Source: Octopus sinensis
Taxonomy: Eukaryota
Assembly: GCF_006345805.1 (NCBI RefSeq)
Contig: NC_043005.1
Coordinates: forward strand, 97,526,001-97,590,000
DNA length: 64,000 nucleotides
Reading direction: 5' to 3'
Each line of letters starts with the position of its first letter. Position 1 is the stretch's first letter. Positions 38,180-51,700 of the stretch are shown here, one piece after another. Under the pieces are notes generated by a model. It had not been told where the DNA came from and made no database searches. It worked only from the letters and a program-made list of their open reading frames with translations. The position numbers and the translations under genes are program-made.

Positions 38180-38185
38180 AATAAA
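38180..38185 (+). terminator. Candidate distal polyadenylation signal on + strand
   Basis: AATAAA preceded by clustered TGTA motifs (including TGTACATA at 38049) and followed by T-rich sequence. Confidence 0.35.
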
Positions 38186-38390
38186 ATTCTTGTAAAAATT
38201 CTGTTAGCATTTCTTGGTCTTTTTCATTTTTGTCAAATACACAAAACTTCGATGGATGACGGTGAAGAGAAATGGAATGAAATGGCAGGGTCAAGTTCAA
38301 ATATCTCAATTTTGGATATTGAAGAAGCAATTAAAACAAACAGTACACTATCAAATGATGACAGAATTACAGGATCAATTATTATATACA

Positions 38391-38587
38391 CGTGAGAGGG
38401 TGCTGAAAAGTTCCTGGCTTTGGGTAAATGAAAATACAGGAGGATCAGTAAAATTCCCCTCTCAGATTCACACACACACATTACAACAGTCCTAAGCCCT
38501 CTGTAAAAGAACTCAGAAGGTTGGGTCTTCAACCAGGCCTTTTGCGATACTCTTAAAGCCAGGAAATTTTCAGCACCCTCTCATGTA
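38391..38587. mobile_element. Mariner-derived MITE (~195 bp)
   Basis: 29-bp TIRs at 38393-38421 and 38555-38583 (1 mismatch); interior matches 34091-34260. Confidence 0.9.
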
Positions 38588-38743
38588 TGTGTGTGTGTGT
38601 GTATACATATATATATAAATGTACATAGTGATTATTGAGGAGACATTAAATGTAGAGCAACAACAGAGGTTAATATCAATACTATAATTAATAATTCCAT
38701 TTTACTTTCATAGTGGGTATGTCTTCCTCACAAATTCTGTTTT

Positions 38744-38777
<34 letters not shown>

Positions 38778-38875
38778 GACCCAAGACCAAGTATTAATAG
38801 AAATAAATTGTAAAGAAAAAAACAAGACAAAAAAAAATAAAGACTCCATTGAATAAAGAACACTTTTTTTTTTGC

Positions 38876-38881
38876 TTTATT
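38876..38881 (-). terminator. Candidate DCAF15 polyadenylation signal AATAAA
   Basis: First minus-strand AATAAA, about 100 nt after the stop codon; usage untested. Confidence 0.4.
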
Positions 38882-38984
38882 GGAGGAATATCCTTGTTTT
38901 CACAAAGGCACTATTTTAAAAAAATATGTTGCATGGTCAACAACTGAGGAATGAAAGACACAGTGATGTACAACACAACCACAT

Positions 38985-39040
38985 TCATCGGCTTATTGCA
39001 ACAAAATGGTGAGGAGCCAGGATCAAAGACAGAGAATTAC
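38985..39040 (-). CDS. DCAF15: DCAF15 terminal coding exon (GNSLSLILAPHHFVAISR*)
   Basis: ctctcag|GT ... TGA at 38985-38987. Confidence 0.88.
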
Positions 39041-42000
39041 CTGAGAGGGAAAAAAAAAACAAAAACAAGATAAAAAAAAATTAATAATGGAGTTGAAATA
39101 CAATAAAATAGACAATTCAGAATGATCTTTACATAAATTCTATCATATTAGTAATTTTGTAAAAGAGAGGAGAGATAAACAAACACAATAGCAATATCAA
39201 AAGGGAGGTTGTGTGGTTTTAATGCTAAATACCAACCATGTCTTGAAGGAATATGAGAAGACCAGATTAACTGTAAACAATTTTTTTTTAACTCTCCAAG
39301 ATTAAAGAATGAAAGTAAATTATGTGCTAAGTTATCCTTGCCTCTAAATTTGAGGTACCAATGTTACAAAAGTCAAATTAGAAGGCAACAGAAGCTGATT
39401 GTAATCTGTACAGAAAAGTGTATCTTTCAAAGCAGAGGGAAAGGGTTTGGGATGAATGGATGTATGATAGGTACTTACCCCTGATGACAGCCTCGTTTGT
39501 TAAGGTATAGACACTTTTGTAAAAGGACTGAGGCACAGCCAAAGCATGCTGCAGCCGGGTAACTTCACCATTTCCTGGGTTCCATTCTTTTCTAAACACA
39601 AAGAAAAAATCTACATGAGGATACTCAATTTTCAAAAACGTACACATGAATACATGTAGTTCAAAGTGGATGAATGAAATGGTTATGAAAGAATAAGTAG
39701 ACAATAAGTTGTAAAGAGACTGCGTGATTTACCTCAAGAGATCAGATTCATCTACTTCCACAAGGTCTTCAATGTGAAAAGTTGAATAGTTTCCTGACAA
39801 AAAAAAAAAAAAGTGGAAAAATAAGTTTTTAGTTAAAACCAAATATATAAAGTAATTTGATAAGATGGTGTTCCAAATATTATTGCTTAGAATAAATTAG
39901 TAAATAAAATAAAGAGTTATTACCTGTTAATAAACTCCAATTGAATGTGATACTGGTTTGATAGTACTGCTTTAGGATATTACTGAAGATGATAAAAACA
40001 GTTTAACATTTAGAAACACTTTTGAGGAGAGAATTTATTTTGAAAGAAACAAAGGATAAAAGACGAGCTTCTTGAGACTTCTGTAGTTGCTGCTCATTTC
40101 CTGCTTTTGCAGGCAGCTATGATCCAGAGAAGTGAAGCTTACAAGAAGTTACACTGAACAGTGTTTAATACAAGATGTGGTATGTGAAAAAGGAATGACA
40201 ACAACAAAGGTGATGCAGGGGCATCACCATCAGATGGGTTTCATTGCAAACCCATCAAATAGGTTTGATTCACTGGAACAGAATAAGCGACTGATAGATC
40301 AGATCAGATCATGTTTATTGTAGGCCATACATCGAAGTATTCATTGGGTTGAGAAGAAAAAAAGTTTATCAGTAATATTAAAAACAATTTCACACTGGCA
40401 CTTTATTAGATTATGACATATTATTATTTTATTTATTTCTGTTATTAGACTGTGGTCATGCTGGGGCACTGCCCCGACATTTTAGTCAGAAGAATTGACC
40501 CCAGTACTTAGTCTCTTTTGTTAAAGCGTGAAGTTATGGGGACACAAACATACCTACAACAGTTGTCAAGCAGTGATGGGGGACAAACACAGCTTTGGTT
40601 GGCCCGGGGTTAGACGACACTTGCCCAAGGTGCCATGCAGTGGAATCAAACCCAGAACAATGTGGTTGGGAAGTAAACTCCTTACCACAGCCACGCCTGC
40701 ATCTAATGAAAACATTTGTTAAGTCTTACCTTCGTTTGCAAGTTTTCTTTTCATTAAAATCTTTCCTTGCCTGGACTAAAGCAAACACCTTTGCTAGAAC
40801 CTCTCCACTTTCTGCATTGACCTAAAAATAAGACAACTTTGCAGTTATAGGTCACAGTATCAATGTGGACCACCGGCAATAATAAACGGAATAAAGCTAC
40901 TACAGTTGTTTTAATCAGAACATAAAAAGGAGCAATAAAATATATCCTGATTACTGTTCTAAACTATCTTTAATGTTTAATATACCCTTACAGCACCACA
41001 TACTAAAGCTGCATATTTTTATAAAACCACAACACATTGCAGTAATGTATCTGTTAACTCTGCTCTTTCAAATTCCTCTGACATGTACACACACACACAC
41101 ATATATATATATATACCATTACTGAAAAACGGTGACATGAAGTGTGTCCAGTTATAAAAATCCTGCTTCAGTTTTCTTTCATCCAAGCCAAGCATATGAA
41201 ACAAAGCACACACACACACACATTGAAATGCAATTTATATTTCCAAGTTTAGCGGAGGGAACGGTAGAAAGCTCATTATGTTTTATAGATGATGATGATG
41301 ATGATGATGTGTGTGGTGCTTTTATATTTATGGATTTTCACATTGATATTGTTCAGCTAAAGGCAATAATGACATATATAGGAAGATACTGATTTAACTT
41401 TGGTCAGGTGTAAGACTAGTTTTTGTTAAAAGGGAAAGAAAAAATCCTATTGAATTGATTTCAGTTGATTTGCCACCTTTTATTGAGTTGGTGGAGGGTT
41501 GGAGGCTAGAAAGGTAACGTCATTGACAAGATTTGCACTCAGAGGTATACAGAGTAATAAATCTACAGGGAAACTTTTACTCTTGACTTTGTTAATGAGG
41601 AGTCTCAAAGCAAATTCAGTTGTAATAGTTTATATAACCTTACTGGACCAACTTGCCACTACCTTGGCAAATGTGCATGGGTATATGCAGTGTGTATGTG
41701 TTTGTCTCTTAAACGCATACTAGTGTCACACAAGATGTATCTAGGTGTGTCATTGATTTTGAAAAGCACACTCATTAGGTATCGGAAAATGCTTACTAAT
41801 ACTTGAGTGTCTTGAAAAAAACAACAACATATTAATCATAATTTTATTATATATAAATATGATTACTAAAACATGGTACAGAAAAAATAACACATTTTAC
41901 ACAGAAAGTTAAAATCTTAAAAGAAATGTAGAAAGCTATTGTGTACATTGTTTTATTAATCATATTTGTGTATAATAAAATTATGAATAACAAGATGTTC

Positions 42001-45000
42001 TCAAGCATTAGTATATTTTTTTTTCTAAACGTTTTCAAGAAATGCACAACACACCTGGATGTTTTTTGTGAAACAATGAAATGCACCTTATGATGCAGTA
42101 GGCTTAATTTATTCCCAATGTGAAGTTAATATACACAAACAATGGAGAATTAATGAAGTGAGAAGCAAAACTGAATATGAGAAGAATCAGATATAGTGTG
42201 CAGGAGAGAAATTTGCTTTGGAAATGGACATATGATGCATATAGAGGCTGACATCTGTATAAAGCAGTCTTTATACAACAAAAATGGAACCTGTGGAAGA
42301 GAGAGAGAGAGACTAAGAAAGATTTCAGATGAAGTGATGAAGACTGCCGTCAAGAAGTTGCATCTGACATAAGAGACACAACAAAGGACCATGAGACAGG
42401 CAATAAACAATGATAGAAAAAATTTGGCCAGAGAAGACCTGTCCAGGATTGTTGGCATGGGGAACTGAAAGTGACAAGAACTGTGGTACTGATGTAGACA
42501 GAGAGGTATGATGATATTTCTCCACCCAGCCCACAACTGTGCCTGACACACCTGGACACCCTCTCATCCTCTTAGTGCCCTTATTTCTACCATTCAACCA
42601 TCTAAAATTCTATCTCTACCTCCACCCCTGTACCGTGTTATCCTTTTTCCTGACACCCTTCTCCATTTACTGACATGGACACCTTATTGACATCTTCACA
42701 CTCAACCTCTCCTGCCTCCATACACACTCATTTTCCCATCAGAATGCTGAGTAACCTCATCACTCATCGCCCTCATGACATGGTTATGATTCATGCCTCT
42801 ATCTACCTTATACTTTGCACCTATCCTTCTGTAAAGAGGCTGATGAGCAAGTGGACATGCGGTCAAGAGGTCCATTTTGGGCATATCATGGATATGACAA
42901 CCTCTCTAATGCTGATGCCATGAAAATATGCACCCAGAAAAGTGTAGTACTGAAAAGACACTTAAGTCTGGTCAAGGAAATGTCAATCCACTGGTGATGG
43001 TGACAGGAAAAAAAAACAAAAAAAAACCCCAGCATACAATACACACTGTAGAGTGGTTGGTGTCAGGAAGAGCACCCAGCCATATTGAAGTCAAACCTGA
43101 AATGCACAAGTGTGATTCAGTGCTCCAATCTGTCTATAAGCAGAACTGCTAAATGTGTGCTGACCCAGGCAATGACGATAATGATACAAATGCATGTGTG
43201 CACACAGTATTTGTCAGTCTTTGTTCTCTGAAAATTGCTGAGTCATGGGAAGTAACATAGCTAGTTTTATACCTTCAAAGGTGTGTGAAATAAGACACCC
43301 ATTATTTGAAAAACAGTTTAAGGGTGAGTGCCAGGAAGGGCACTTGGCTGTAAAAAAAAACATGTCTCATAAGATTGACTAACACCTTTGAGTGAATCCA
43401 CTGAAAGCATAAAAAATATTTTCAATTATAAATATCGTATGAAGTATTTTATTATTCAGAAGACAATTATATATTTATAAGATTCAGCTGTTTAACCCCC
43501 CCCCCCAAAAAAAAAATTCATCAAATTTATGAAATCTGGATACAAAACAACATAGCAATTTTTAAGTTACTATTTAAGTTTTTATTTTCCTTCTTCCCTT
43601 CATTTAATGATCAACTGTGATTGAGAACGTTTGTGCACCATATTTTGTGGCATACAAGTTGTAATATATTGTGTAAACATTCAATCGTTGTCACTATCAG
43701 GCTGCATTTCACATGGAATTTTCAGTCTTTTAAAGTTGTCTTGGGGTATAAGTTAACATACCGTTTTTGGTTGTAAATTTTTATTTGAAATCTTTGACAT
43801 GTATGCTGGAAAATAATGTATTTCTCTTAACACACACACACACGTATATATATATATAAAATGAATTAGAGATAAAACCACTATTAGGCAACTCAAACAG
43901 TGATAGACATAAACCAATACATAAATAACAAATAATATATATAATTAATATATATTAATAGTAGTTTTATCTCTAATTCATATTTTATATATTTATACTG
44001 TGAAATTTGATTTAATGCTAAATTGAATTTTTCCCTGTAAATTTGGAGTTTTACTCCCTAATATTATTATTATATATATATATACATGCACACAAACTGA
44101 GTCATTTTGATTACATATAATACATCAAAGACACTGATTTCATTGTGGATTACTGATTTTTCTGAACCAGAGGTGGTCACACCTCAAATTAAACAAGTAT
44201 TAATTTACTTAAATGGTGAAAGAACTTACATCGAGAAGCTGCAGGTCATAATTTAGAAATGCAATGTAGCGGTGTCCCCATTCTGCTACTGTGTGGATGA
44301 CCTCTTCTAAGAAGTGTTCAATATCCAAGGTCAACTGACAAACAGTGATGTGGTCACTCTGGACAGACAGAAAGTAAAGAGTCCATGGAGTTAAAAAAGT
44401 AAATAGAAAGAAACAGCATTTAGAACTGCAGAGACAATATATAATTCAAACAAGAACATAGCTGGTGGTATTGCTGATATGGAGCAATGTATAACAGGAA
44501 ATAACATAACAGAAGCTGTAGAGCAGGCATTCCTAACCCTGGGTACCCAACCCTGGAAATGAAAGACAGCCACAACGAAAAGGAAACTTTATTCAGTATA
44601 TCAAAAACTTTATCACATGTAGATTCAAATCATTAAGAGATCATGGGCCAAGAACTGTATCCTCATTCCATTTACAATGACTTGTGTCAATCTGGGATCA
44701 GTTCTCTTTTGTCATGACACAATCTAGGAATTTTCTGAATCCACAAGCAGACCTACAGGTCACAGTCATATTGAAGATTTCCTGTTTTGAATGAGAAGCA
44801 GGAACAAAGAGGCAGTTGAATTTTATATTCACACAGCTGAGGTAGATTTCACTATTTACAGTTCTCAGCTAATTGCTTAATATATACCTGCATTTTATGC
44901 ACTGAGTTAAAAGCTTGCTTTTTTGAGTTCAGTTTGTTTCCCCACATAATTGAATGTGGTTTGACTAAAAATAAAAGTAAATTAATTTTTTTGTTGGGGC

Positions 45001-45642
45001 TGAAACCTGGAAGTACCTCATCACCAGGCCAACCTTTAGTGAAGGCAGAGCAAGCTTGGAAGCCCTTGCCTCATTCAAAAAATCAGTTTAATACTGATGG
45101 CCCCAAATAGGGACCTTATCAAATATTAAGCTGATAAAAGATACATCACCAAGAAGCTGAGAAGGACAGAATGAAAAAGAAAATTAGTTATTATAAAATT
45201 ATCCTTTTCATCTTCAAATGTTATATTAGTTTCATAGGTGGGGGTGCAAAAGAAAGAAAAAAATAAATCAATCAACATTTCCTTGAGTATGTTGGACAGA
45301 GAAAAGGTGAAATGGAAAGAGAGAAGATACCAACTCAATGGTTTGGTAGAATTTAAACAGGTTATCCTGTGGCTAGAAGTCCAGCATCTTGACTCCAGTT
45401 ACAATGCCAGTTGAAAAGTCATCAATAGTGAAGTAACTAAATAATGATGAAGGTTCTATGTAGCTATTGCTTAGAAATGTTATACGGACCAGACATTCTT
45501 CAGATGACATTTCACTGAAGAATGCATTATTCCATTTTTTAAATGTTAATGAGTTCACTGACGACAATTTGCACAAGTGAACATGCGTTGCATACTGCAA
45601 GTAGATCAATCAGTTTATCAGTGAATTATAGACATTCACTGC

Positions 45643-45725
<83 letters not shown>

Positions 45726-48700
45726 GAGAGAGAGAAAGAGGCAGAGTATTCATCAATTTGTTCATAAAAAAAAAACTTCACACATGGCATGCACTGCAAT
45801 TATTCCATGCAGTAGATAATGTAAAATGTAATATACAGAAACTAAGAGATGAAAATGTTAAGAAGACAAAAACTTAAAAAAAAAAGTTTTCCATTTCTGA
45901 ACACCTGAAATAAGGAGTGATATAAAATTCACCTCAGATTTTGTGTATATGTACACATATATTTATAAATATGAAACATGCATGCACACATACACAAGTT
46001 TGACATCTTAAGATGTTTAAGAAGTATACTATTTAAAGTGCAGAGTTAAGTAGAAAGTCAAAAGACAAAAGTAACTGCTCCCTCAAATATTTCAAGGAAG
46101 GACAAGCTTTTTCTATGTTCTGAAGTGAGAGTTACTTAAAAAGAACAAAATGGTTAGAATAACATAGAGGCACTCACTTGGTCTGAATCCACATTAGACT
46201 TGGTAATGGACATCAATTTATGATCAGCACCTCGTACATCAAGAGGAAGAATACTGCGGTATGCTAGATCAAAATCATCTGCAAGAACAAAATATTGATA
46301 GATTTTTTTTCCAGTTTTTTTAAATGCAGAACATAAACTATTGATAAAAATCAATCAATCAACAAAAACAAATAAAAACTTCTGGTTGAGTAGTCACCAG
46401 GTCTATTCAGAAAGGATGGATGTTTATATAATAGATGTTACACTCATCTATTTTGCCTTGTAAGTACTCCACTCAATGACTTCTACCCTCTCCTAAAATG
46501 AGAGCAGTCACGTAGCTCCTCTACAGCAAGAAGCCTGTTCTGCTCTGGCCCCTTCTCTTTCATCCTTCATATCCTACCACTTTTATCAATCTTTTATCCC
46601 TCGTCTCCTACCATAAAGCAACCAGTAAACCCTCTGAGGTAGTTGGCGTTTGGAAGAGGGCAGCCTGCCACAGAAGCCATGCCAAAGCAGATACTTGAGC
46701 ACAGTACAGTCCATGGGCCCACAGCATCCTGTCAAATCATCCAACCCATGACATCATGAAACTGGGACATTAAATGACAATGATGAAGAAGTGCATCTAG
46801 GACCACNNNNNNNNNNNNNNNNNNNNNNNNNNNNNNNNNNNNNNNNNNNNNNNNNNNNNNNNNNNNNNNNNNNNNNNNNNNNNNNNNNNNNNNNNNNNNN
46901 NNNNNNAATACTGTTTTCATCATCATCATCATCATACATATATATATATATTATATTCTTTTACTTGTTTCAGTCATTAGACTGTGGCCATGCTGGGACA
47001 CCGCCTCGGCGAGTTTTTAATTGAATGTATCAATCTCAGTACTTACTTTCTAAAGTCTGGTACCAAATCTATCAGTCTCTTTTGCTGAACCGCTAAGTTA
47101 TAGGGACATAAACATATCAGCACTAGTTGTCAAGTGGTAGTGGGGGACACAAACACAAATACACATACAACAGGCTTCTTTCAGTTTCCGTTTACCCAAC
47201 CCACTCACAAGGCTTTGGTTAGCTCAAGGCTATTGTAGAAGACACTTGCCCAAGGTACCATGCAGTGGGACTGAACCCGGAACCATGTGGTTGCGAAGCA
47301 AGCTTCTTTTGTTTCTTGCCATTTTTTGCAGACATATAACATAATGTTTGGTGTCAGATGAAGGGTGCCTCTGTGCACTGGTCAACCATAGATGAATTCA
47401 TACAATTCTCCTTACCATATCATCATCTCTGTGTCATAATGGTTTGAAACAACAGAAACCAATATTAAGTGCTGAAGCAAATGGAACCAATATTAAACTT
47501 ATGCTATATTGATATCTTCATTATTGAGCATTGATCATGTTCCTACAGTCAGTCTTCGTTGTTGCCTGAATCTCCGGCCCCTCCCTTCGGTGCTTCTACA
47601 ATGGTGCTTAAGGTGGTTCGGTCATGCGGCCCGGTGTCCAGAGGGTGAGCTGATTCGCGATGTCCTCCTCCCACCTCCACTTCCCAGCTGGCGCAAACAC
47701 AGGGGCGGGCAGCTGAACACCTGGGCAACAACGATAAAGGAGGACCTCTCCGAACTCTCAGTTCCGCAGGTGGTCGGTCTGTGCAGATGGAACCACGAAT
47801 GGCTTGCTATCTCCAGTGACCTCGCTCAGGATCGTTGAGTGTGGGCCGCCATGGTTCGTGATGCCGTCAGGACCAGAGAAGAAGCCCGCTTAATCCACCC
47901 TGGGTGAACTCCGTCACAAGTAAGTAAAATATCTTCATCATCTTATCCCTTAACTTTCTAATTCTCTCTCTCACCCCATCCCACCAATATATAAAAAGGT
48001 TATCTCTGGATGAATATACAGTAAATTTGCCTTTTAATGATGAATTAAGATTGTGATACATAAGATGGCTATTTCAATTTAATACAGCTTCTATTGCATA
48101 TAACGGATTTTTACTCAGCCACACAGCTATTTGAAATATCAGTGAACATTTTGTTCACTGTTTCCTATACACCAAAGGCAAAAAATCCCCACCAGACATG
48201 TGACTAGCTGTGAGTACATGCCACTGATAAGGCCCGACGAAGCCAAACACAACATATCCATAAGCTATGTTATGAATACCACAGTAATTTTGTTTTTCAA
48301 TGTTTTATGTTGAATATGATACATAGATGGCTCTTTCATTTCAATACTGCTTCAAGTGCATGTAACAAATTACACAGTGCAAAGCTGATAACCTGATTAT
48401 CTTCTGAGACACGAAGGACAAACCTAATGATGACGTGCGTGTGTTATTGGTATGAAAGACATATTTTGCTCTATGAGGACAAATAATACCTGAAATGTCA
48501 ATCTCCATCATTCCACAGCACACTAAACAAATGAAGATTTGTGAACTCTGCTTTATGCCAACTATTACTAAATTCTTAGAAATATATCAAGTTTTCATCT
48601 TTTCGTCTTTTTCATGTAGAGATAAGTAGAAGACATGCATATATTTATATAGGTGTATGATTGTGTATCTGTGGCTGTTTTTGTGTGTTTGCACTTGTGT

Positions 48701-51700
48701 TGCTGTTTATGTTGTTGCCTTTATTTCCTGTAACATGGCATTCCAAAAAATAGAGATTGGTTATGAACAATCAAGTATAAAACTGAAAGAACTACTGGGA
48801 TCATGAATGACAAAGTTTAATGATGTTGCCTCAGATTGGCTGCAGTCCAATGACTGAAGCCAGCAGAAAAAAAAAACAACCAAAAAGTAAAATACTGCTA
48901 CTACAATATATACAAAATAATAATAATAATAATTATCATTATTTCTAATTTTAGCACAAGTTTAGTTAATTACATTGACAACAATACTTGACTGGTACTT
49001 ATGATGATGATGATAATAATATGAAAGAAAAGACAATGAAAGAGTATTTGTAGCGATTGAGAAAATTGTTGAGTTCAAAGTTGAATGTCAGAAACATAAT
49101 TTTGGCAATAAGTTCCCGTCGATATGGTGCTGGAATTCTGAAGTGATCAGAGGATGAACCAAAGGAACTGGACAGGAAGACAAGGATGCTCCTAACCATG
49201 CATGGAGCCTGCCATCCATGATTGCTTATACATGAAAAGAGCAAATGGAGGAGGAAGAGAACTGGTAAGTGAGAAAGACTGCATGTATATCAAACTTGGG
49301 AGCCTGCTGAAGTATCTATCCCAAAGTGAGGGGCAGTTAGAGATAAGGGCATATTGAAATCAGGAAAAAGAAAAGAACAAAACAATAAGTACAAGAAGGG
49401 CATGAAGAAGCACTGCACAGTAAGGGACTAGACAACTAATTCCATGTAGGCACAACCGAAGTTGATGGGGCTGGTTAAAGAAAGGAACACTGAAAAAGGA
49501 GACCGAAAGCACTATATTGGCAGTGCAAGACCAAGCTTTGGCCAGAAATTGGAGGATCAATCTTAGGAATGAGTATGTGTCTCTGCTGAGCCAAACCTAT
49601 TACAGAGTTGACAAAACCATGGCCCATATTGTAAATGAATGCTCTAGATTTTCCCAAATGGAGTCATGATGAGGTAGTAAAGGTTCTACATTGGAAACTA
49701 TGTGAAAAACCAGGGTTAGAGAGAGGTAAGACGTGGTATGAGATAAACCAGAGACAAGCAAAATCCTGTGGGATTTCCCAATTCAAACAGACAACAAGCA
49801 CAACGAGTCAGACCTAGTGGCAGCAGACAAAGTGAATAGTCAAGAAGGAAGATGAAAAAAAAAAAGAGACATATATATACGAGATAGCTTGACTGAAAGA
49901 ATGGAGGTGAAGATATGCCAATTATTGTTGGGTCCTTGGGGACAGTATCAGAAGGCATCAAGAGAAATATAAAGGAAATGTGAACAGAGTGCCTAGGAGA
50001 ACTGTTACAAAAGGTTTGCCTCCTTGGCACGGCCAGAATCATCATGGAAAAGAACAGATAGCATGATACTGTAGGCTGCAGATAACAAACCCACTATGCA
50101 TGCTAAAAACTCCGTGTTCCAACAAAACCTGAGTTAGAATAATAATAATAATAATAATAATAGTTTCAAATTTTGGCACAAGGTCAGCATTTTCAGGGGA
50201 AGGGTTAAGTTGACTACATTGATCCTAGTGCTCAATCGGTACTTACTTTATTGACCCTGAATGACTGAAAGGTAAAGTTGACCTTGGCTGAATCTGAACT
50301 CAGACTGGCGAAATGCAGCTGAGTATTTTGCCTGGTGTGCAAATGATTCTGCCAGCTAGTTGCCTTGGAGATAATATGAGTAAAGTAACTTTATGTTACT
50401 TTACTTAATGTTTGAATTTTAAACCAAACAAAACCTGAGTTGTATGGCATTCAAAGTTTTTTTTGTTTCTGTACAAAGATAAATTTCTAAAGAGTTGGTT
50501 GCAAATGAAGAACAAAGAAAAAGTAATTTTATTTGTTGGTAAAGGGAAAGTAGTTGACAAGGTGCCTACAACATAATAATTTAGATGCAATGAGAATCTA
50601 GATGTAACTGAACGAATGATATAAGCTTTAGATGAGCGACTAGTAGGGATCAACAGTAAACTCAATGTAAAGTACGAGCAAACACCACCAAGGTTTTGAC
50701 TTTTGTGTAATCCACAACATAAACTTCACTGGAGAATATGTTGAAATATGGTTTATGTTAGAAAATCAAACGACTGCACTAAAGGACAAGATTAATGCCA
50801 CCTTTCATCATTCAGGAGCAAGCTGGCTATGTTCAAAATGTGAAAAAGAACTTTGCTTAGTCAGGGCAAATATTCCTGCTAAAGATAAGCTCAACTGTAT
50901 GTACATCAGAAACACTAAGAATATCTAACAGAAAGAACAATGATGAACAGAGCATCACAGAATGGTGGTGTAGTTCAGTTAATAGTTGTAGTAATTCTAT
51001 TAGATGGCATAATCAGACAAGGCTGAGAAGACCTATGAGCAGAGGTGTTCGGATCGTGACTATCTAGCTTTTACATTCAACGAACAGTGCAATTGGGACT
51101 TTATCCAATATGCCTTTCCTTTTGTAATGGTGGGGTGTTATTTGAGATAAATCTGAAAGCCATTAATTACAGGTTAACCCTTTAAGCATTCAGATTTTTC
51201 TGACAAACTGGTTTGAATTAATCATGCATTATCTCCTAGCTTCAAGATTTTAATATTATGCTTGTTTATTCTTAGAATAACATTGTAAGATAGGTGCGAG
51301 ATGCCAGATCTGGTCAGTTTGAACATAAACCAAGTAGAATATTTGGGCCGGTTGTGGCCGGTTCAAACGCTAAAGTGTTAAGTAGTGATAAAAATAGAAG
51401 CTACCAATTTGATGGAAGATTTCAATAAAATTTTTTGGGAAATGTTACTTATGCTAGGAATAAATGGTTCCTTTACACATGTTGCATGTATACTGTACAC
51501 TAGTAGAATATATGAAATGATTACCAACAAAAAAAAAAAGACAACTACAAAAGTATTAAGTTGTGTGTAGTTTGTTGCTTGTAGCAGCGTTAGGTTAGAA
51601 GATGTCTGCAAGTATGCAGAAGACATGAAAAGATAGAAGAGGTAATATCCAAGAGAAAGTACAACATTGATTTTGATACATAATATCAAAGGATGATACA

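Noticed and set aside
38252-38395. Small ORF MDDGEEKWNEMAG...
   Set aside because: 47 codons, ends in the MITE TIR, no recognisable homology or splice support
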